Source: an uncultured delta proteobacterium
GTDB lineage: Bacteria > Myxococcota > Myxococcia > Myxococcales > Myxococcaceae
Length of the DNA stretch: 64,000 bases
Reading direction: 5' to 3'
NCBI GenBank assembly: GCA_963713045.1
Contig: CAVQKE010000006.1
Coordinates: forward strand, 128,001-192,000
Shown here: positions 19,527 to 30,046 of the stretch, one piece after another
Layout: every line of letters starts with the position of its first letter
Position numbering within the stretch: the stretch's first letter is position 1
Notes under the pieces: model-generated
What the model saw: only the letters and a program-made list of their open reading frames with translations
The model's database searches: none
Told to the model about the DNA's origin: nothing
Made by a program: the position numbers and the translations under genes

Positions 19527-22463
19527 ATGCGCGACGTCGAGGAAACACACGACTGGAAGCACACGCTGAACCTTCCGCGCACGGACTTTCCGATGAAGGG
19601 AAACCTTCAGGCCCTCGAGCCGCGGATGTTGGCCCGGTGGCAGGCGGAAGGCACTTGGAGGGCGATGCTCGCCGCCAACGCTCACCAGCCGCGCTTTCTC
19701 TTCCATGACGGGCCGCCCTACGCCAACGGCCACATCCACGCCGGCACCGCGCTCAACAACGTCCTGAAGGACTTCGTGGTCAAGGCACAAAACATGTCGG
19801 GCCGGCTGTGCGACTTCATCCCCGGCTGGGACTGCCACGGTCTTCCCATTGAACGGGCGGTGGAGAAGCGGCTGAAAGAAGAGAAAGTCGACCGGCGCAC
19901 TCTGTCGCGGGAGGACTTCCTCGCGCGCTGCCGGGCCTACGCCCAGCAGTACATTGACATCCAGAGGGCCGAGCTCCGGCGCCTCGGCCTCTTCGCGGAC
20001 TGGGACACGCCCTACATCACCCTCGCCTTTGACTATGAGGCGCAGGAGATTCGCGAACTCGCCCGCGTCGCCCGTCGCGGTCTGCTCTACCGCAAGAAGA
20101 AGGCCGTCTATTGGTGCATCACCGACCAGACCGCCCTGGCCGAAGCAGACATTGACTACCAGGACCACACCAGCCCTTCCATCTACGTGGCCTTCGGCAC
20201 CGAACCGGCTGCCGGTCCGCTCGGCAGGCACGAGCGTCCGGAAGCGCTGGCGGAGGCCTTCCCCTTTCTCCGGGGCCACGCCGTGGACTTGGCCATCTGG
20301 ACCACCACGCCCTGGACGTTGCCCGCCAACCTGGCGGTGGCGGTGCACCCGGACTTCACCTACGTCTTCTACGACTTGGGGCCGAGGGTCCTGGTGGTGG
20401 CGAAGGATTTGCTACCGCGGCTATTGGGCGAGATTGCGCCGGCACATTTGCAGGTGCGCACGCTGAAGGCGGAAGGCGCAGAGCTGAATGCTGCCGGCCT
20501 GGTCGACCCCCGGCGGATACTTGGCTACGCCTCGGGGCGCGAGCTGGAAGGGTTTGCCTACCGCCACCCCTTTTCCGACCGGCAGGGCTTCATCGTGCTG
20601 GGCGAACACGTGACGCTGGAGCAAGGGACGGGCCTGGTCCACACCGCGCCCGGGCATGGCGCCGAGGATTATGCCGTCGGAGAGGCTTATGGGCTGGACG
20701 CCTACAATCCAGTTCTCGCCGACGGGCGATTTGATGACACCGTCCAACCGCCGTCGCTGAAAGGCGTCCGCGTCTTCGACGCCAACCCGCAGATTGTCCA
20801 GCTGCTGGTGGCCAAGGGCGCCCTCCTCAACCGCCCGGGCGAGTCCATCACCCACAGCTACCCGCACTGCGACCGCTGCAAGAGTCCGGTCATTTTTCGC
20901 GCCACGCCGCAGTGGTTCGTCAGCTTGGACCGCCCGCTCGACGGCGCCAGCGGTCCTTCGTTGCGCTCCGAAGCGCTGCAGCAGGTGGACCAAGCGGTGG
21001 AGTGGATTCCGGAGTGGGGGAAGCAGCGCATTCGCGGCATGTTGGAGAACCGGCCCGACTGGACGCTGAGCCGCCAGCGTTTGTGGGGCGTGCCCATTCC
21101 GGTGGCGCTGTGCGACCGCTGCGGGGAGGGACTGGTCAGTCCAGAATTGATGGACGCGGTGGCTGCCGTCGTCCAGCAAGAAGGCGCTGGGGCTTGGTAC
21201 CGGCTGCCGCTGCAGACCTTCCTCCCGAAACCTCCCCGCTGTGGGGCCTGTGGAGGGCAGGCCTGGAGCAAGGGCATGGACATTCTCGACGTCTGGTTTG
21301 ACTCGGCTTGCTCCTTCGCGGTGGTGATGGAGCCGCGCTACGGCCCTGGGCCGGTGGACCTCTACCTGGAAGGCTCAGACCAGCACCGTGGTTGGTTTCA
21401 CAGCTCGCTGTTGGTGAGTGTCGCGACGCGCGACCGAGCGCCCTACCGGCGCGTCCTCACCCACGGCTTCGTCGTCGACGGCGAGGGACGCAAGATGTCC
21501 AAAAGCGTCGGCAACGTCGTTGCCCCGGACAAAATCATCTCCCAGTACGGTGCTGAGCTGCTGCGGCTGTGGGTCGCCTCCAGTGACTACCGCGATGACA
21601 TTCGGCTGTCGGACGGCATCCTCAAAAGTCTTGCCGAGGGGTACCGAAAAATCCGCAACACCCTGCGCTATGCCCTCAGTAACCTGGCTGACTTCGACCC
21701 CGCCCGGGACGCCGTGCCGGACGAAGCGCTTCTGCCACTGGACCGCTGGGCGACGGGGCGCCTCGAGGAGCTGGTGGCGCGGGTCCGGCGCGCCTACGAC
21801 GCCTATGAATTTCACGTGGTCTACCACGCGGTGGTGGACTTTTGCGGCAACGACTTGAGCGCGCTGTACTTCGACATTTCAAAGGACCGGCTCTACACCT
21901 GGAAGACGGACGGCCAGCCCCGACGGAGCGGCCAGACGACGCTGTACCGCGTGGCGGCTGACTTGCTGAGACTGCTGGCCCCGGTGATGTCCTTCACCGC
22001 CGAGGAGGCGTGGGCCTTCCTTCCTGCCGCCCCGACGCCGAGCGTCTTTCTCGCCGGTCTCCCGGAGGTGAAAGGGCGGATGCCGGCCGAGTTGGGAGAG
22101 CGGTACGAAAGACTGTTCGCCATCCGTTCGGTGGTGCAGAAGCAGCTGGAAACGGCGCGGCAGGACAAGTTGATTGGTGCCTCGCTCGAGGCCAAGGTGC
22201 TGCTGCATGCCGAGGAGGCGGACCGGGAGTTTTTGCAGCGCCATTTGGCCGAGCTGCCCGGACTCTTCATCGTCAGCCAGGTGGAGCTGGTGCAGTCCCC
22301 CACCGCAGGCATGCAGCGCGTTTCTGGGACCAGCCACTTCGAAGCGCTTGGGGTGGAGGTGCGGCCGGCAGATGGAAGCAAATGCCCCCGGTGCTGGACG
22401 TATGCCGTCGAGGTGGCCGCCGGGGCCCCGGTCTGCAACAAGTGCCGGGCGGCCCTCGGCTGA
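19527..22463 (+). CDS. ileS: Isoleucine--tRNA ligase (type 1)
   Basis: DGPPYANG, GWDCHGLP, WTTTPWT, EGSDQHRGWF, KMSKS, C-terminal CPRC...CNKC zinc finger. Confidence 0.97.
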   Translation: MRDVEETHDWKHTLNLPRTDFPMKGNLQALEPRMLARWQAEGTWRAMLAANAHQPRFLFHDGPPYANGHIHAGTALNNVLKDFVVKAQNMSGRLCDFIPGWDCHGLPIERAVEKRLKEEKVDRRTLSREDFLARCRAYAQQYIDIQRAELRRLGLFADWDTPYITLAFDYEAQEIRELARVARRGLLYRKKKAVYWCITDQTALAEADIDYQDHTSPSIYVAFGTEPAAGPLGRHERPEALAEAFPFLRGHAVDLAIWTTTPWTLPANLAVAVHPDFTYVFYDLGPRVLVVAKDLLPRLLGEIAPAHLQVRTLKAEGAELNAAGLVDPRRILGYASGRELEGFAYRHPFSDRQGFIVLGEHVTLEQGTGLVHTAPGHGAEDYAVGEAYGLDAYNPVLADGRFDDTVQPPSLKGVRVFDANPQIVQLLVAKGALLNRPGESITHSYPHCDRCKSPVIFRATPQWFVSLDRPLDGASGPSLRSEALQQVDQAVEWIPEWGKQRIRGMLENRPDWTLSRQRLWGVPIPVALCDRCGEGLVSPELMDAVAAVVQQEGAGAWYRLPLQTFLPKPPRCGACGGQAWSKGMDILDVWFDSACSFAVVMEPRYGPGPVDLYLEGSDQHRGWFHSSLLVSVATRDRAPYRRVLTHGFVVDGEGRKMSKSVGNVVAPDKIISQYGAELLRLWVASSDYRDDIRLSDGILKSLAEGYRKIRNTLRYALSNLADFDPARDAVPDEALLPLDRWATGRLEELVARVRRAYDAYEFHVVYHAVVDFCGNDLSALYFDISKDRLYTWKTDGQPRRSGQTTLYRVAADLLRLLAPVMSFTAEEAWAFLPAAPTPSVFLAGLPEVKGRMPAELGERYERLFAIRSVVQKQLETARQDKLIGASLEAKVLLHAEEADREFLQRHLAELPGLFIVSQVELVQSPTAGMQRVSGTSHFEALGVEVRPADGSKCPRCWTYAVEVAAGAPVCNKCRAALG

Positions 22464-22494
22464 GTGCGGCTCGCCGTGGTAAGGCCCCGGCAAC

Positions 22495-23103
22495 GTGCAA
22501 AAGAAACTCGGCCTTCTCTTCGCAATCGCCTTCGCCGTGGTGGTGGTCGACCAGGCAGTGAAGTATTGGATGGTGGGGGAACTCACCACCCGCTTCGACG
22601 GCCTGCCGACAGTCGGGGCACGGCTGCATGCGCTGTACGGCGCGCCGCCGCCGGAGGGCTTTGACGGGCTGCACTTTCGGCCCAAGCACTCCATCACGGT
22701 GAGCCCGGACTACTTGCGCATCCGCTACGCGGAAAACACGGGTGCGGCCTTCGGCCTCTTCCGTGGGCTACCGCCTGGAATCCGCGGCCTGTTGTTTCAC
22801 CTGGTGTCCATTGGCGCGGTGGTGCTCATCACCGTGTACTACCTGCGCCTGTCCAGCACCGCCCCGGAGGAGCGCTTCGCCCGCATCGGCCTTCCGCTGG
22901 TGCTGGGCGGAGCGCTGGGCAACTACCTCGACCGACTGGCCCGAGGCTTCGTCATCGACTTCATCGAAGCGCACTGGCACGACCGCGCCACCTGGCCCTC
23001 CTTCAACGTGGCCGACAGCTGCATTGTGGTGGGGGTCGGCCTGCTGTTGTTGGACGGCCTTCTGCGCCGCGAGCGCAAGGTGGAGGTCTCCCCTGGCGGC
23101 TGA
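22495..23103 (+). CDS. lspA: Lipoprotein signal peptidase II
   Basis: DQAVK, NTGAAFG, GGALGNYLDR, VIDFI, FNVAD. Confidence 0.94.
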   Translation: MQKKLGLLFAIAFAVVVVDQAVKYWMVGELTTRFDGLPTVGARLHALYGAPPPEGFDGLHFRPKHSITVSPDYLRIRYAENTGAAFGLFRGLPPGIRGLLFHLVSIGAVVLITVYYLRLSSTAPEERFARIGLPLVLGGALGNYLDRLARGFVIDFIEAHWHDRATWPSFNVADSCIVVGVGLLLLDGLLRRERKVEVSPGG

Positions 23104-23159
23104 GCGAGCTTGCCAGTTGGCAAGGCGCGCCCGCGTGTTAGGAGTGAAGCCCCAATCCC

Positions 23160-24461
23160 ATGCTTCCCGTCTTCTTCGACATCCGCTTTGAGACGCCCCT
23201 CTCCTGGGCGGTGCTGTACGCCGTCGGCCTGCTGGTCATCGCCTATGGGGCCTGGGCCGGTTGGCGCAGCGCGGTCGGCCCCCTCAACCCGAAAACCGGG
23301 CTACCGACAGTGGCTTCGCCGAAGGAGCGGGCCGGCCGTGCCGCCAGCTTCGGCCTGGTCTTCGCCCTCTTCGTCCGACTCGGCCTGTTGTACGCGCTGC
23401 CGGCCGGTGCCTTTCTCGGCAAGCGCGGCCAGGGCTTCCCGCTGCATACCTACGGGCTCTTGTTGATGACGGCCTTTTTGGCGGGCGCCGCGGTGTGCGG
23501 TCGCCTGGCCGAGCGCGACTGGCCGGGCGAGGAGGGGCGCCGCAAGCGCGAGCAGATGGCCGACGTGTCCCTGTGGGCCCTCATCGGCGCCTTCATCGGC
23601 AGCCGCCTTCTCTTCATGCTGGTGAATTGGCAGGACACCGTCGCCGCCGTCCCGACGCTGCTCCAGGACTTCCCGACGCACCTCTTCGACTGGCTCTTCG
23701 GCGGCCTCGTCTTTTATGGAGGGTTTGTCGGGGCGGTGGCCACCACCTGGTGGTATGCCCGGAAGCACAACATCCCCTACCTCCGCCTTGCCGACGTCGC
23801 CATCCCCGGTGTCGCGTTGGGCCAATGCATCGGCCGCCTGGGGTGTTTCAGCGCCGGCTGCTGCTGGGGACGTCCCGCCAACCATCTGGACTGGGCGGTC
23901 CGGTTTCCGGGAGCCTCCGTGGCGCGGGACATTTTCGGCAGACTGACCCACACCGCTGCCTTGGCGTTCTCCTCCGAGGCCAACGACACCCATCGCTGGG
24001 TGGTGGAGTCGACTGGGCAAATTCTGCACCATCCGCAGCCGGGAGCGGTCCTGCTCAGCCAATGGGCAGCCGAGCACGGCACCACCCTGCCGCTGCACCC
24101 CACCCAGCTGTATGAGTCGATTGGACAGCTGGTGCTCTTCGCGCTGCTCCTGGTCGCGCGTCGGTACAAGCGGTTTCACGGAGAAATTCTCGCCCTGTGG
24201 TTGATGGCCTACGCCGTGCTTCGGACGACGGTGGAATTGTTTCGTGGGGACCTCGAGCGAGGCACCCTGCATGGCTTTTTGGAATCCTTTGGGCTGACGG
24301 GGCTGGCGGACAAGTTTCCGCCCGAGGCCTGGTACAACCTGTCCACCAGTCAAATCATCTCCCTGGGGATGTTTGCGGCTGGCGCGGCACTGTTGGTGCG
24401 GGGGTTCCGGGGACTTCAGCCCTTGCCACCGCTGCCGTCCAGTGTCCCGGCCGCTGCCTGA
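23160..24461 (+). CDS. lgt: Prolipoprotein diacylglyceryl transferase (long form)
   Basis: HTYG, GGLVFYGG, GRLGCFSAGCCWG, HPTQLYES, ELFRGD. Confidence 0.92.
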   Translation: MLPVFFDIRFETPLSWAVLYAVGLLVIAYGAWAGWRSAVGPLNPKTGLPTVASPKERAGRAASFGLVFALFVRLGLLYALPAGAFLGKRGQGFPLHTYGLLLMTAFLAGAAVCGRLAERDWPGEEGRRKREQMADVSLWALIGAFIGSRLLFMLVNWQDTVAAVPTLLQDFPTHLFDWLFGGLVFYGGFVGAVATTWWYARKHNIPYLRLADVAIPGVALGQCIGRLGCFSAGCCWGRPANHLDWAVRFPGASVARDIFGRLTHTAALAFSSEANDTHRWVVESTGQILHHPQPGAVLLSQWAAEHGTTLPLHPTQLYESIGQLVLFALLLVARRYKRFHGEILALWLMAYAVLRTTVELFRGDLERGTLHGFLESFGLTGLADKFPPEAWYNLSTSQIISLGMFAAGAALLVRGFRGLQPLPPLPSSVPAAA

Positions 24462-24539
24462 GGAACGCGCCGACGGCGTGCTAGCCTTGGCGGCGCGCCG
24501 CGCAAACCGGGGGCAGACGGAAGAGGAGAGTGCTTGGGG

Positions 24540-26273
24540 ATGCGAAACGCTGGCCTTTGGGGCTTCCTGTCGTCCGCCGCGCTGCTGCTTCTGACGGCCT
24601 GTTCATCGACGTCCACCGGCGAGGCGACGCTGTGCGCGTCCGGATGCAGCGCGGGGCTGACCTGCATGCAGAACGCGGACTTTCCCTTGGGCGCCTGTAC
24701 CGCCCCCTGTAGCGGTGTCGGCGCCAGCTGTCCGACTGGGTCGGTTTGCACGCCGTTGTTGTCCACCGGCAGCAGCTACTGCCTGGAGACGTGCAACCCC
24801 AGCGCCACGCCCCCCTGTCCCAACCAAGGGGTGTGCACCAGCACCTCGGTGGGTAGCCTGTGCCTACCTGCCTCCGAATCGCTGGCGACGCCGATGAGTT
24901 GTCCAGCACCACAGTTGGTGGTGGGTCCGCCGGCCGGGCCGGACGCCAGGCCCGCTTGCCAAACACCGGTGGTGACAAGCGTCTTGGCGTCCTCGGCCGT
25001 GCAGTCCCTGGGCGTCCACAATCCCGGGGACACGGTGACGTTTCAGGTGCCCGCTGGCGCGGCGGGCTTTTCGATTCTCTCGCAAGCCATGCCCCTGCCG
25101 GATGGGGGCCAGCCACCGGACGCCTTTCTGGACTGTCAGGGGACGCCCTTCCCCAATGTGCCGATGCCGACGCCGGTGACGACGCCCCAGGGTGCCACCT
25201 TCTATGACGTCACGGCCCCCTCGCCCTTCGACGCCACCACCACGCTTTTGTTTTACTACCCCGTCGGCGGAGAGCAGCCCTACACCCAGGCGCTCACCTT
25301 CCCCAACACCACCGCCGGCCTGGCGCTGTCGCTGGACGGCGGCCTCCCCGGCGGGCAGTGGAGTTTCGCCGTCAACGACTTCGCCAATGAAAATGTCGCC
25401 CTCTTTGGGACCGGGCTGTGTGACGCGGGGACCCTGCGCAACAGCTACAACGTCTCGGTGGTGGTGACGCCTGGGGCGCTGCCAGCGGCGCCGCAATTCA
25501 CCGCGGACGTCTACCTGGTAACCGAGACGCTGGATGCCGGGACCGCCATCAACAACGCGGCATTCCAGCGCTTCGCCAACAGTTACGCCGGCATTTTTGC
25601 CGCCGGAGGCGCGTGCGTGAAGACGGTGACGGTCCACGACGTGCCGCAGTGGGCGAAAGATGTTTACGCGTCCCTGCCGACGGTCGACTACAACGTCATC
25701 GCGCAGCCGTGCAGCGATTTCCGGCAGATGTTCACCCTGGCCCTGCCCGGGTCTTCCGTCGCCCTCTTCCTCGTCGACGAGTTGGCACCACCCGACGCGC
25801 AGGGGGACCAAATTGTCGGAATCGACGGCTCCATCCCCGGCATGGGAACCTTCAACGGCACCATTGCCGGCGGCGCGGCGGTGTCGGTCGCCGACTTATT
25901 CAGCGCCTCCAGCTGCAACGGGGCCCTCACCCCCTTCTGCGGCGCCGACCGGACTGCCCTCATTGCCGCCCACGAGTCGGGGCACTTCCTCGGCCTGTAC
26001 CACCCCACCGAGGAGACGGGCGACCTCTTCGACCCGCTGACCGACACCGGCGCCTGCGTCTGCGCGCTGTGCGAGACGGGAGCGCTTGCCGCCAACTGCA
26101 GCGACGGCGGCACCCCGACCCTGGTGGATGACACGGTGTGCTCGGGCACCACGCAGCTGTGCGGCGGGGCGAACCTCCTCATGTTTTGGATTCTCACCCC
26201 TTCCTCGCGCGGCCAGCTCTCGCCCCAGGAGGTGGCCGTCATGCGCACCAACCCGGTGCTCTCCCAGCCCTAG
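24540..26273 (+). CDS. Cys-rich lipoprotein with a C-terminal metzincin zinc-metallopeptidase motif
   Basis: Lipobox LLTAC; Cys-rich N-terminus; HESGHFLGLYH followed by a Met-turn-like LLMFW. Confidence 0.78.
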   Translation: MRNAGLWGFLSSAALLLLTACSSTSTGEATLCASGCSAGLTCMQNADFPLGACTAPCSGVGASCPTGSVCTPLLSTGSSYCLETCNPSATPPCPNQGVCTSTSVGSLCLPASESLATPMSCPAPQLVVGPPAGPDARPACQTPVVTSVLASSAVQSLGVHNPGDTVTFQVPAGAAGFSILSQAMPLPDGGQPPDAFLDCQGTPFPNVPMPTPVTTPQGATFYDVTAPSPFDATTTLLFYYPVGGEQPYTQALTFPNTTAGLALSLDGGLPGGQWSFAVNDFANENVALFGTGLCDAGTLRNSYNVSVVVTPGALPAAPQFTADVYLVTETLDAGTAINNAAFQRFANSYAGIFAAGGACVKTVTVHDVPQWAKDVYASLPTVDYNVIAQPCSDFRQMFTLALPGSSVALFLVDELAPPDAQGDQIVGIDGSIPGMGTFNGTIAGGAAVSVADLFSASSCNGALTPFCGADRTALIAAHESGHFLGLYHPTEETGDLFDPLTDTGACVCALCETGALAANCSDGGTPTLVDDTVCSGTTQLCGGANLLMFWILTPSSRGQLSPQEVAVMRTNPVLSQP

Positions 26274-26337
26274 GTGGGCGGCGCCCCCACGCCAAGGCCT
26301 TGCGCCCGGGCGAAGGTTGCTGAAATTCTCCTGAGGG

Positions 26338-27195
26338 ATGGCCACCCCACGCTCCGAGGCCGAGCAGCGACTTGCCGAGTCCGAGGCTCTGCCGCGCGAG
26401 CTGGACGAGCTGGAAGTCGCCCTGACGGAGTTGAAGGCGCACTATGAACAGTACTTTTTGGGCGTCGACCGCCACCCGCCGACGAAGGCCGATGGCGCAG
26501 TCCGCCAGCGTCTGGCTCGCCTCCGGGGGAGCCACTTCCGCAGCGCGGTGCTGAAGTTTCGCATTCAGGCACTCCAGCAGCGCTTCACCACCTACGACCG
26601 GCTTTGGCAGCGCACGCTGAGTGAGATGGAGAACGGCACCTACCAGCGGGATTTGGCCAAAGCGCGACGCCGTCGGAAGACAGCGGAGACGCCAGCCGCC
26701 GAGGCGCCAGCGCCCCCGCCGGTTGCGCCCGCATCGGCCGGCCCGGCTGCGCCGGCGGCCCTGGCCCCCATTCCTACGGGGACCCAAGGTGGAGGCGGCA
26801 GGACGCCTTTGGCGTCCGTGCCCACCGGCACCCAAAGCGGCGCCACCCGGCCCGGGCCGGTGCCCGCGGTGGCCCCGGTGGCCATTCCCATCGGTACCCA
26901 AGGCGGGGTGCGCCGGGCGCCGGTGGCCCCCATTCCCACCGGGACCCAAGGGGCCGTGGCCCGGGCGACGGCGGAGGCCCTGGCGGAGCCGCGGCTGCGG
27001 GCCGTGTACCAGGCCTACCTGGCCGCGAAGAAAAGCTGCAAGGAGGACGTGAGTCGTCTCAGCTACGAGTCGGTTGCCGACTCTCTCCGCAAGCAAGTTC
27101 CGGAGCTACTTGAGCGTCACGGCGCGCGCGACGTGGAGTACAAGGTGGTGGTGAAAGACGGCAAGGCCGTCCTGCGGGCCGTGCCCAAGACTTGA
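26338..27195 (+). CDS. MXAN_5187 C-terminal domain-like protein
   Basis: N-terminal YEQYFLG helical domain; C-terminal VYQAYLAAKKSCKE...YKVVVKDGKAVLRA; Pro/Ala linker. Confidence 0.75.
   Translation: MATPRSEAEQRLAESEALPRELDELEVALTELKAHYEQYFLGVDRHPPTKADGAVRQRLARLRGSHFRSAVLKFRIQALQQRFTTYDRLWQRTLSEMENGTYQRDLAKARRRRKTAETPAAEAPAPPPVAPASAGPAAPAALAPIPTGTQGGGGRTPLASVPTGTQSGATRPGPVPAVAPVAIPIGTQGGVRRAPVAPIPTGTQGAVARATAEALAEPRLRAVYQAYLAAKKSCKEDVSRLSYESVADSLRKQVPELLERHGARDVEYKVVVKDGKAVLRAVPKT
26761..26956 (+). repeat. Four imperfect coding repeats of (I/V)P(T/I)GTQ(G/S)
   Basis: IPTGTQG, VPTGTQS, IPIGTQG, IPTGTQG at 16-23 aa spacing. Confidence 0.7.
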
Positions 27196-27235
27196 GGGTT
27201 GTGGGCTCACCTTGCTGCCAGACGCGTTGTCCGAC

Positions 27236-27493
27236 ATGCCCGTGAGTCGCTGGATGCCTCCCTTCCTCGTCAGTGTGGCCGCCCTTCTTGCAGGCGCCTG
27301 CAACCCGTGCCCCAGTACCCACACCGCACTGGTGTCGCCCGACGGCGGCACGGTGCACTGTGTCACCGCGGAGGACTGCCCTCGGACGGGGAACGAGACG
27401 GTGTGCACCACCAACCCGCCGGAGAACCTCACCACCAATTGCCTTTCCTGCGTGTCGACGGCCTGCCTTCGGGTGGTGGTGACGTGCCCCTAA
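27236..27493 (+). CDS. Small Cys-rich lipoprotein (start uncertain)
   Basis: Lipobox LAGAC followed by 8 more Cys; stop overlaps the next gene. Confidence 0.65.
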   Translation: MPVSRWMPPFLVSVAALLAGACNPCPSTHTALVSPDGGTVHCVTAEDCPRTGNETVCTTNPPENLTTNCLSCVSTACLRVVVTCP

Positions 27494-28410
27494 GAGGCCT
27501 TCTGCTGCCGGCCCTTTTGGCCCTGGGCTGCAGCCGCACGCCCGAGGAGCACCTGGTGGCCGCCCGGGACGCCGACTTTGAGCAGCGCCCACAGACGGCA
27601 CTGCGCGAGTACCGGCTGGCCTTGGACGCGGCGGGGAAGGACAGCTCGCCCGCGGCGGTGGCGGTGCGGGCCAGGGCACTGCGGGGGGCGGCGGACATCT
27701 ACTACCTGGAGCTCCGCGACGTGGCCAAGGCCCTGGGCGTCTACCGAGAATTGGTGGCCCAGGCGCCAGAGGCGCCGGAGACGGTGGATGGGCACGTCCT
27801 TCTGGCGGAGATTCTGCACCACCACTACCACGACTTGCGTGGAGCCATTGCCGAGCTGACGGCAGCCCTGGCGCGCAAGCCGGCGCGCGCCGACGAATTG
27901 GCCTACGCGGTGTGCAAACTGTATTTCGAGCTGGGGGACTACCAACAGTGCACCATCGAGGTCGACAAGCTGGTGCAGGGCTCGCCCGCGTCCCCGCGCG
28001 TGCCGGACGCCCTCTTCCTGTCAGGGCAGGCCTACGCCATGCAGGAGGCAACGCGCGCACAAGCTGAGCACGCCTTCCAGACGTTGGCCGAGCGCTACCC
28101 AAGCAATGAATTGGCCCCGCATGCCCTTTTTGAGTTGGGGAAGCTGCGGGCAGAAGAGGGGGACAGTCCCGGCGCCATCAAAGCTTGGGTGGCGGCGCTT
28201 CCCCACCATCCGGACCCCAAGGTGGTGCAGGCGGCCATCGCCCGCATTCGCGCGCGCATCGCCGAGACGACACCGGCTGGGATGGGACAGGCGGCCGCCT
28301 TCGCCAAAGGGGAATTGGCGCCGCACCACCCGCGAGAAAACCAGGCCAAGACGAGTGCGGAGGCCGCCGGCGGGACGGCCGCCGAAGCAGCGAAGGAGCA
28401 CGGGGACTAA
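27484..28410 (+). CDS. Tetratricopeptide-repeat lipoprotein
   Basis: Lipobox LALGC; TPR helices (PDALFLSGQAY, PHALFELGKL). Confidence 0.8.
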   Translation: MPLRGLLLPALLALGCSRTPEEHLVAARDADFEQRPQTALREYRLALDAAGKDSSPAAVAVRARALRGAADIYYLELRDVAKALGVYRELVAQAPEAPETVDGHVLLAEILHHHYHDLRGAIAELTAALARKPARADELAYAVCKLYFELGDYQQCTIEVDKLVQGSPASPRVPDALFLSGQAYAMQEATRAQAEHAFQTLAERYPSNELAPHALFELGKLRAEEGDSPGAIKAWVAALPHHPDPKVVQAAIARIRARIAETTPAGMGQAAAFAKGELAPHHPRENQAKTSAEAAGGTAAEAAKEHGD

Positions 28411-28413
28411 GCC

Positions 28414-29697
28414 GTGGACCACTCCAAGAGCGAGGCCCTTTTCGCACGGGCGCTGCAGTGCATGCCGGGCGGCGTGAATTCGCCGGTGCGGGCCTTCCGC
28501 GGCGTGGGCGGAACCCCCGTCTTCTTCCGGGAAGGCGCCGGGGCATGGCTGACCGACGTCGACGGCAACCGCTACGTCGACCACGTGGGAAGCTGGGGCC
28601 CCCTCATCCTCGGGCACGCCCACCCAGCGGTGGTGCGCGCGGTGACGGAGGCGGCCGCCCGAGGGACGTCCTTTGGTGCCCCCCACGCGGGCGAAGTGGA
28701 GCTGGCCGAGTTGGTCAGCCGCCGAATGCCGGCCGTGGAAATGCTGAGGTTGACGTCCTCGGGGACGGAGGCCACCTCGGCGGCGGTGCGGCTGGCCCGA
28801 GGCTTCACCGGCCGGGAGGCGCTGGTGAAGTTTGAGGGCTGCTACCACGGGTCGGCGGACAGCTTCCTGGTGAAGGCGGGCAGCGGGGTGGAGACGTTGG
28901 GGCTCCCCGACTCACCGGGTGTGCCCAAGGCGCTGGCGGAGCTGACCCTGACGCTGCCCTACAACGACCTCGAAGCGGCGCGGGCCCTCTTCGCCTCGTC
29001 CGGGGAGCGCATTGCCGCCGTCATTGTCGAGCCGGTGGTAGGCAACATGGGGGTGCTGGTGCCGTCCGAAGGCTTTCTGGAAGGCCTGCAGTCACTGGCC
29101 AAAGCCTACGGCGCGCTCCTCATTCTGGATGAAGTCATGACCGGCTTCCGGCTGGCGCCGGGGGGCGCGCAGGAGCTGTACCACCTGAAGCCGGACCTCA
29201 CCTGTCTCGGCAAAGTCCTGGGCGGGGGGCTTCCGGTGGGGGCCTATGGAGGCCGGCGGGACGTGATGCAGAAGGTGGCACCGGCCGGGCCGGTGTACCA
29301 AGCCGGAACGCTGTCCGGGAACCCATTGGCGGTCGCGGCGGGACTGGCCTGTCTGAGGGCGCTGGAGGAGCCCTCCAGCTACGCGCGGCTGGAGGAGGTG
29401 GGCCGAGAGTTACAGCAGGGGCTTCTGGCCGAGGCGGCCTCGGCCGGCCTCCCCGTCACGCTGAACCGCGTGGGCAGCATGTGGACCCTCTTTTTTACAC
29501 CGGGCCCGGTGTACGACTACCCGACGGCGAAGACGGCTTCCACGACGCACTTTGGCCGCTTCTTCCAGGCCATGCTGCAGGCCGGTGTCTACCTGCCGCC
29601 GAGCCAATTCGAGGCTGCCTTCGCCTCGCTGGCGATGGGGCCGGATGCGGTGGCGCACACCTTGGAGGCGGCGCGGGCAGCCTTTCGCAGTCTGTAA
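28414..29697 (+). CDS. hemL: Glutamate-1-semialdehyde 2,1-aminomutase
   Basis: [44 protein letters not shown]. Confidence 0.97.
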   Translation: MDHSKSEALFARALQCMPGGVNSPVRAFRGVGGTPVFFREGAGAWLTDVDGNRYVDHVGSWGPLILGHAHPAVVRAVTEAAARGTSFGAPHAGEVELAELVSRRMPAVEMLRLTSSGTEATSAAVRLARGFTGREALVKFEGCYHGSADSFLVKAGSGVETLGLPDSPGVPKALAELTLTLPYNDLEAARALFASSGERIAAVIVEPVVGNMGVLVPSEGFLEGLQSLAKAYGALLILDEVMTGFRLAPGGAQELYHLKPDLTCLGKVLGGGLPVGAYGGRRDVMQKVAPAGPVYQAGTLSGNPLAVAAGLACLRALEEPSSYARLEEVGRELQQGLLAEAASAGLPVTLNRVGSMWTLFFTPGPVYDYPTAKTASTTHFGRFFQAMLQAGVYLPPSQFEAAFASLAMGPDAVAHTLEAARAAFRSL

Positions 29698-29809
29698 GCA
29701 AGGCCGGCAGTCCTCTGGCGTTGCACCCCTGCCGGACCGGGTGTTAGACGGCGCCTCGGTCCTCGGCAAGCTTGGAACCCATTGCCGAGCGCCCGGAAAT
29801 TCCAACAAG

Positions 29810-30046
29810 GTGGACCAGCCCGGAAAGGACAACGGCTTCGCCGGCGCTGAGCGCGGGGCAGCTCCCTACCTGGACGCCGCCTGGCAGATGGTGGCGGCGC
29901 TGCTTCTCGGCGCGGCCCTGGGCTGGCTCATCGACCGCAAGTTTGGCTCGCAGCCGTGGGGGATGGTGAGCGGGCTGGGCCTCGGTTTGGGCTTGGGCTT
30001 TTGGCGACTGCTTCAAACCCTTTCACAGCTGGGGAAGCGGCCATGA
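29810..30046 (+). CDS. AtpZ/AtpI-family small membrane protein
   Basis: GAALGWLIDRKFGSQPWG; first gene of the atp cluster. Confidence 0.8.
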   Translation: MDQPGKDNGFAGAERGAAPYLDAAWQMVAALLLGAALGWLIDRKFGSQPWGMVSGLGLGLGLGFWRLLQTLSQLGKRP

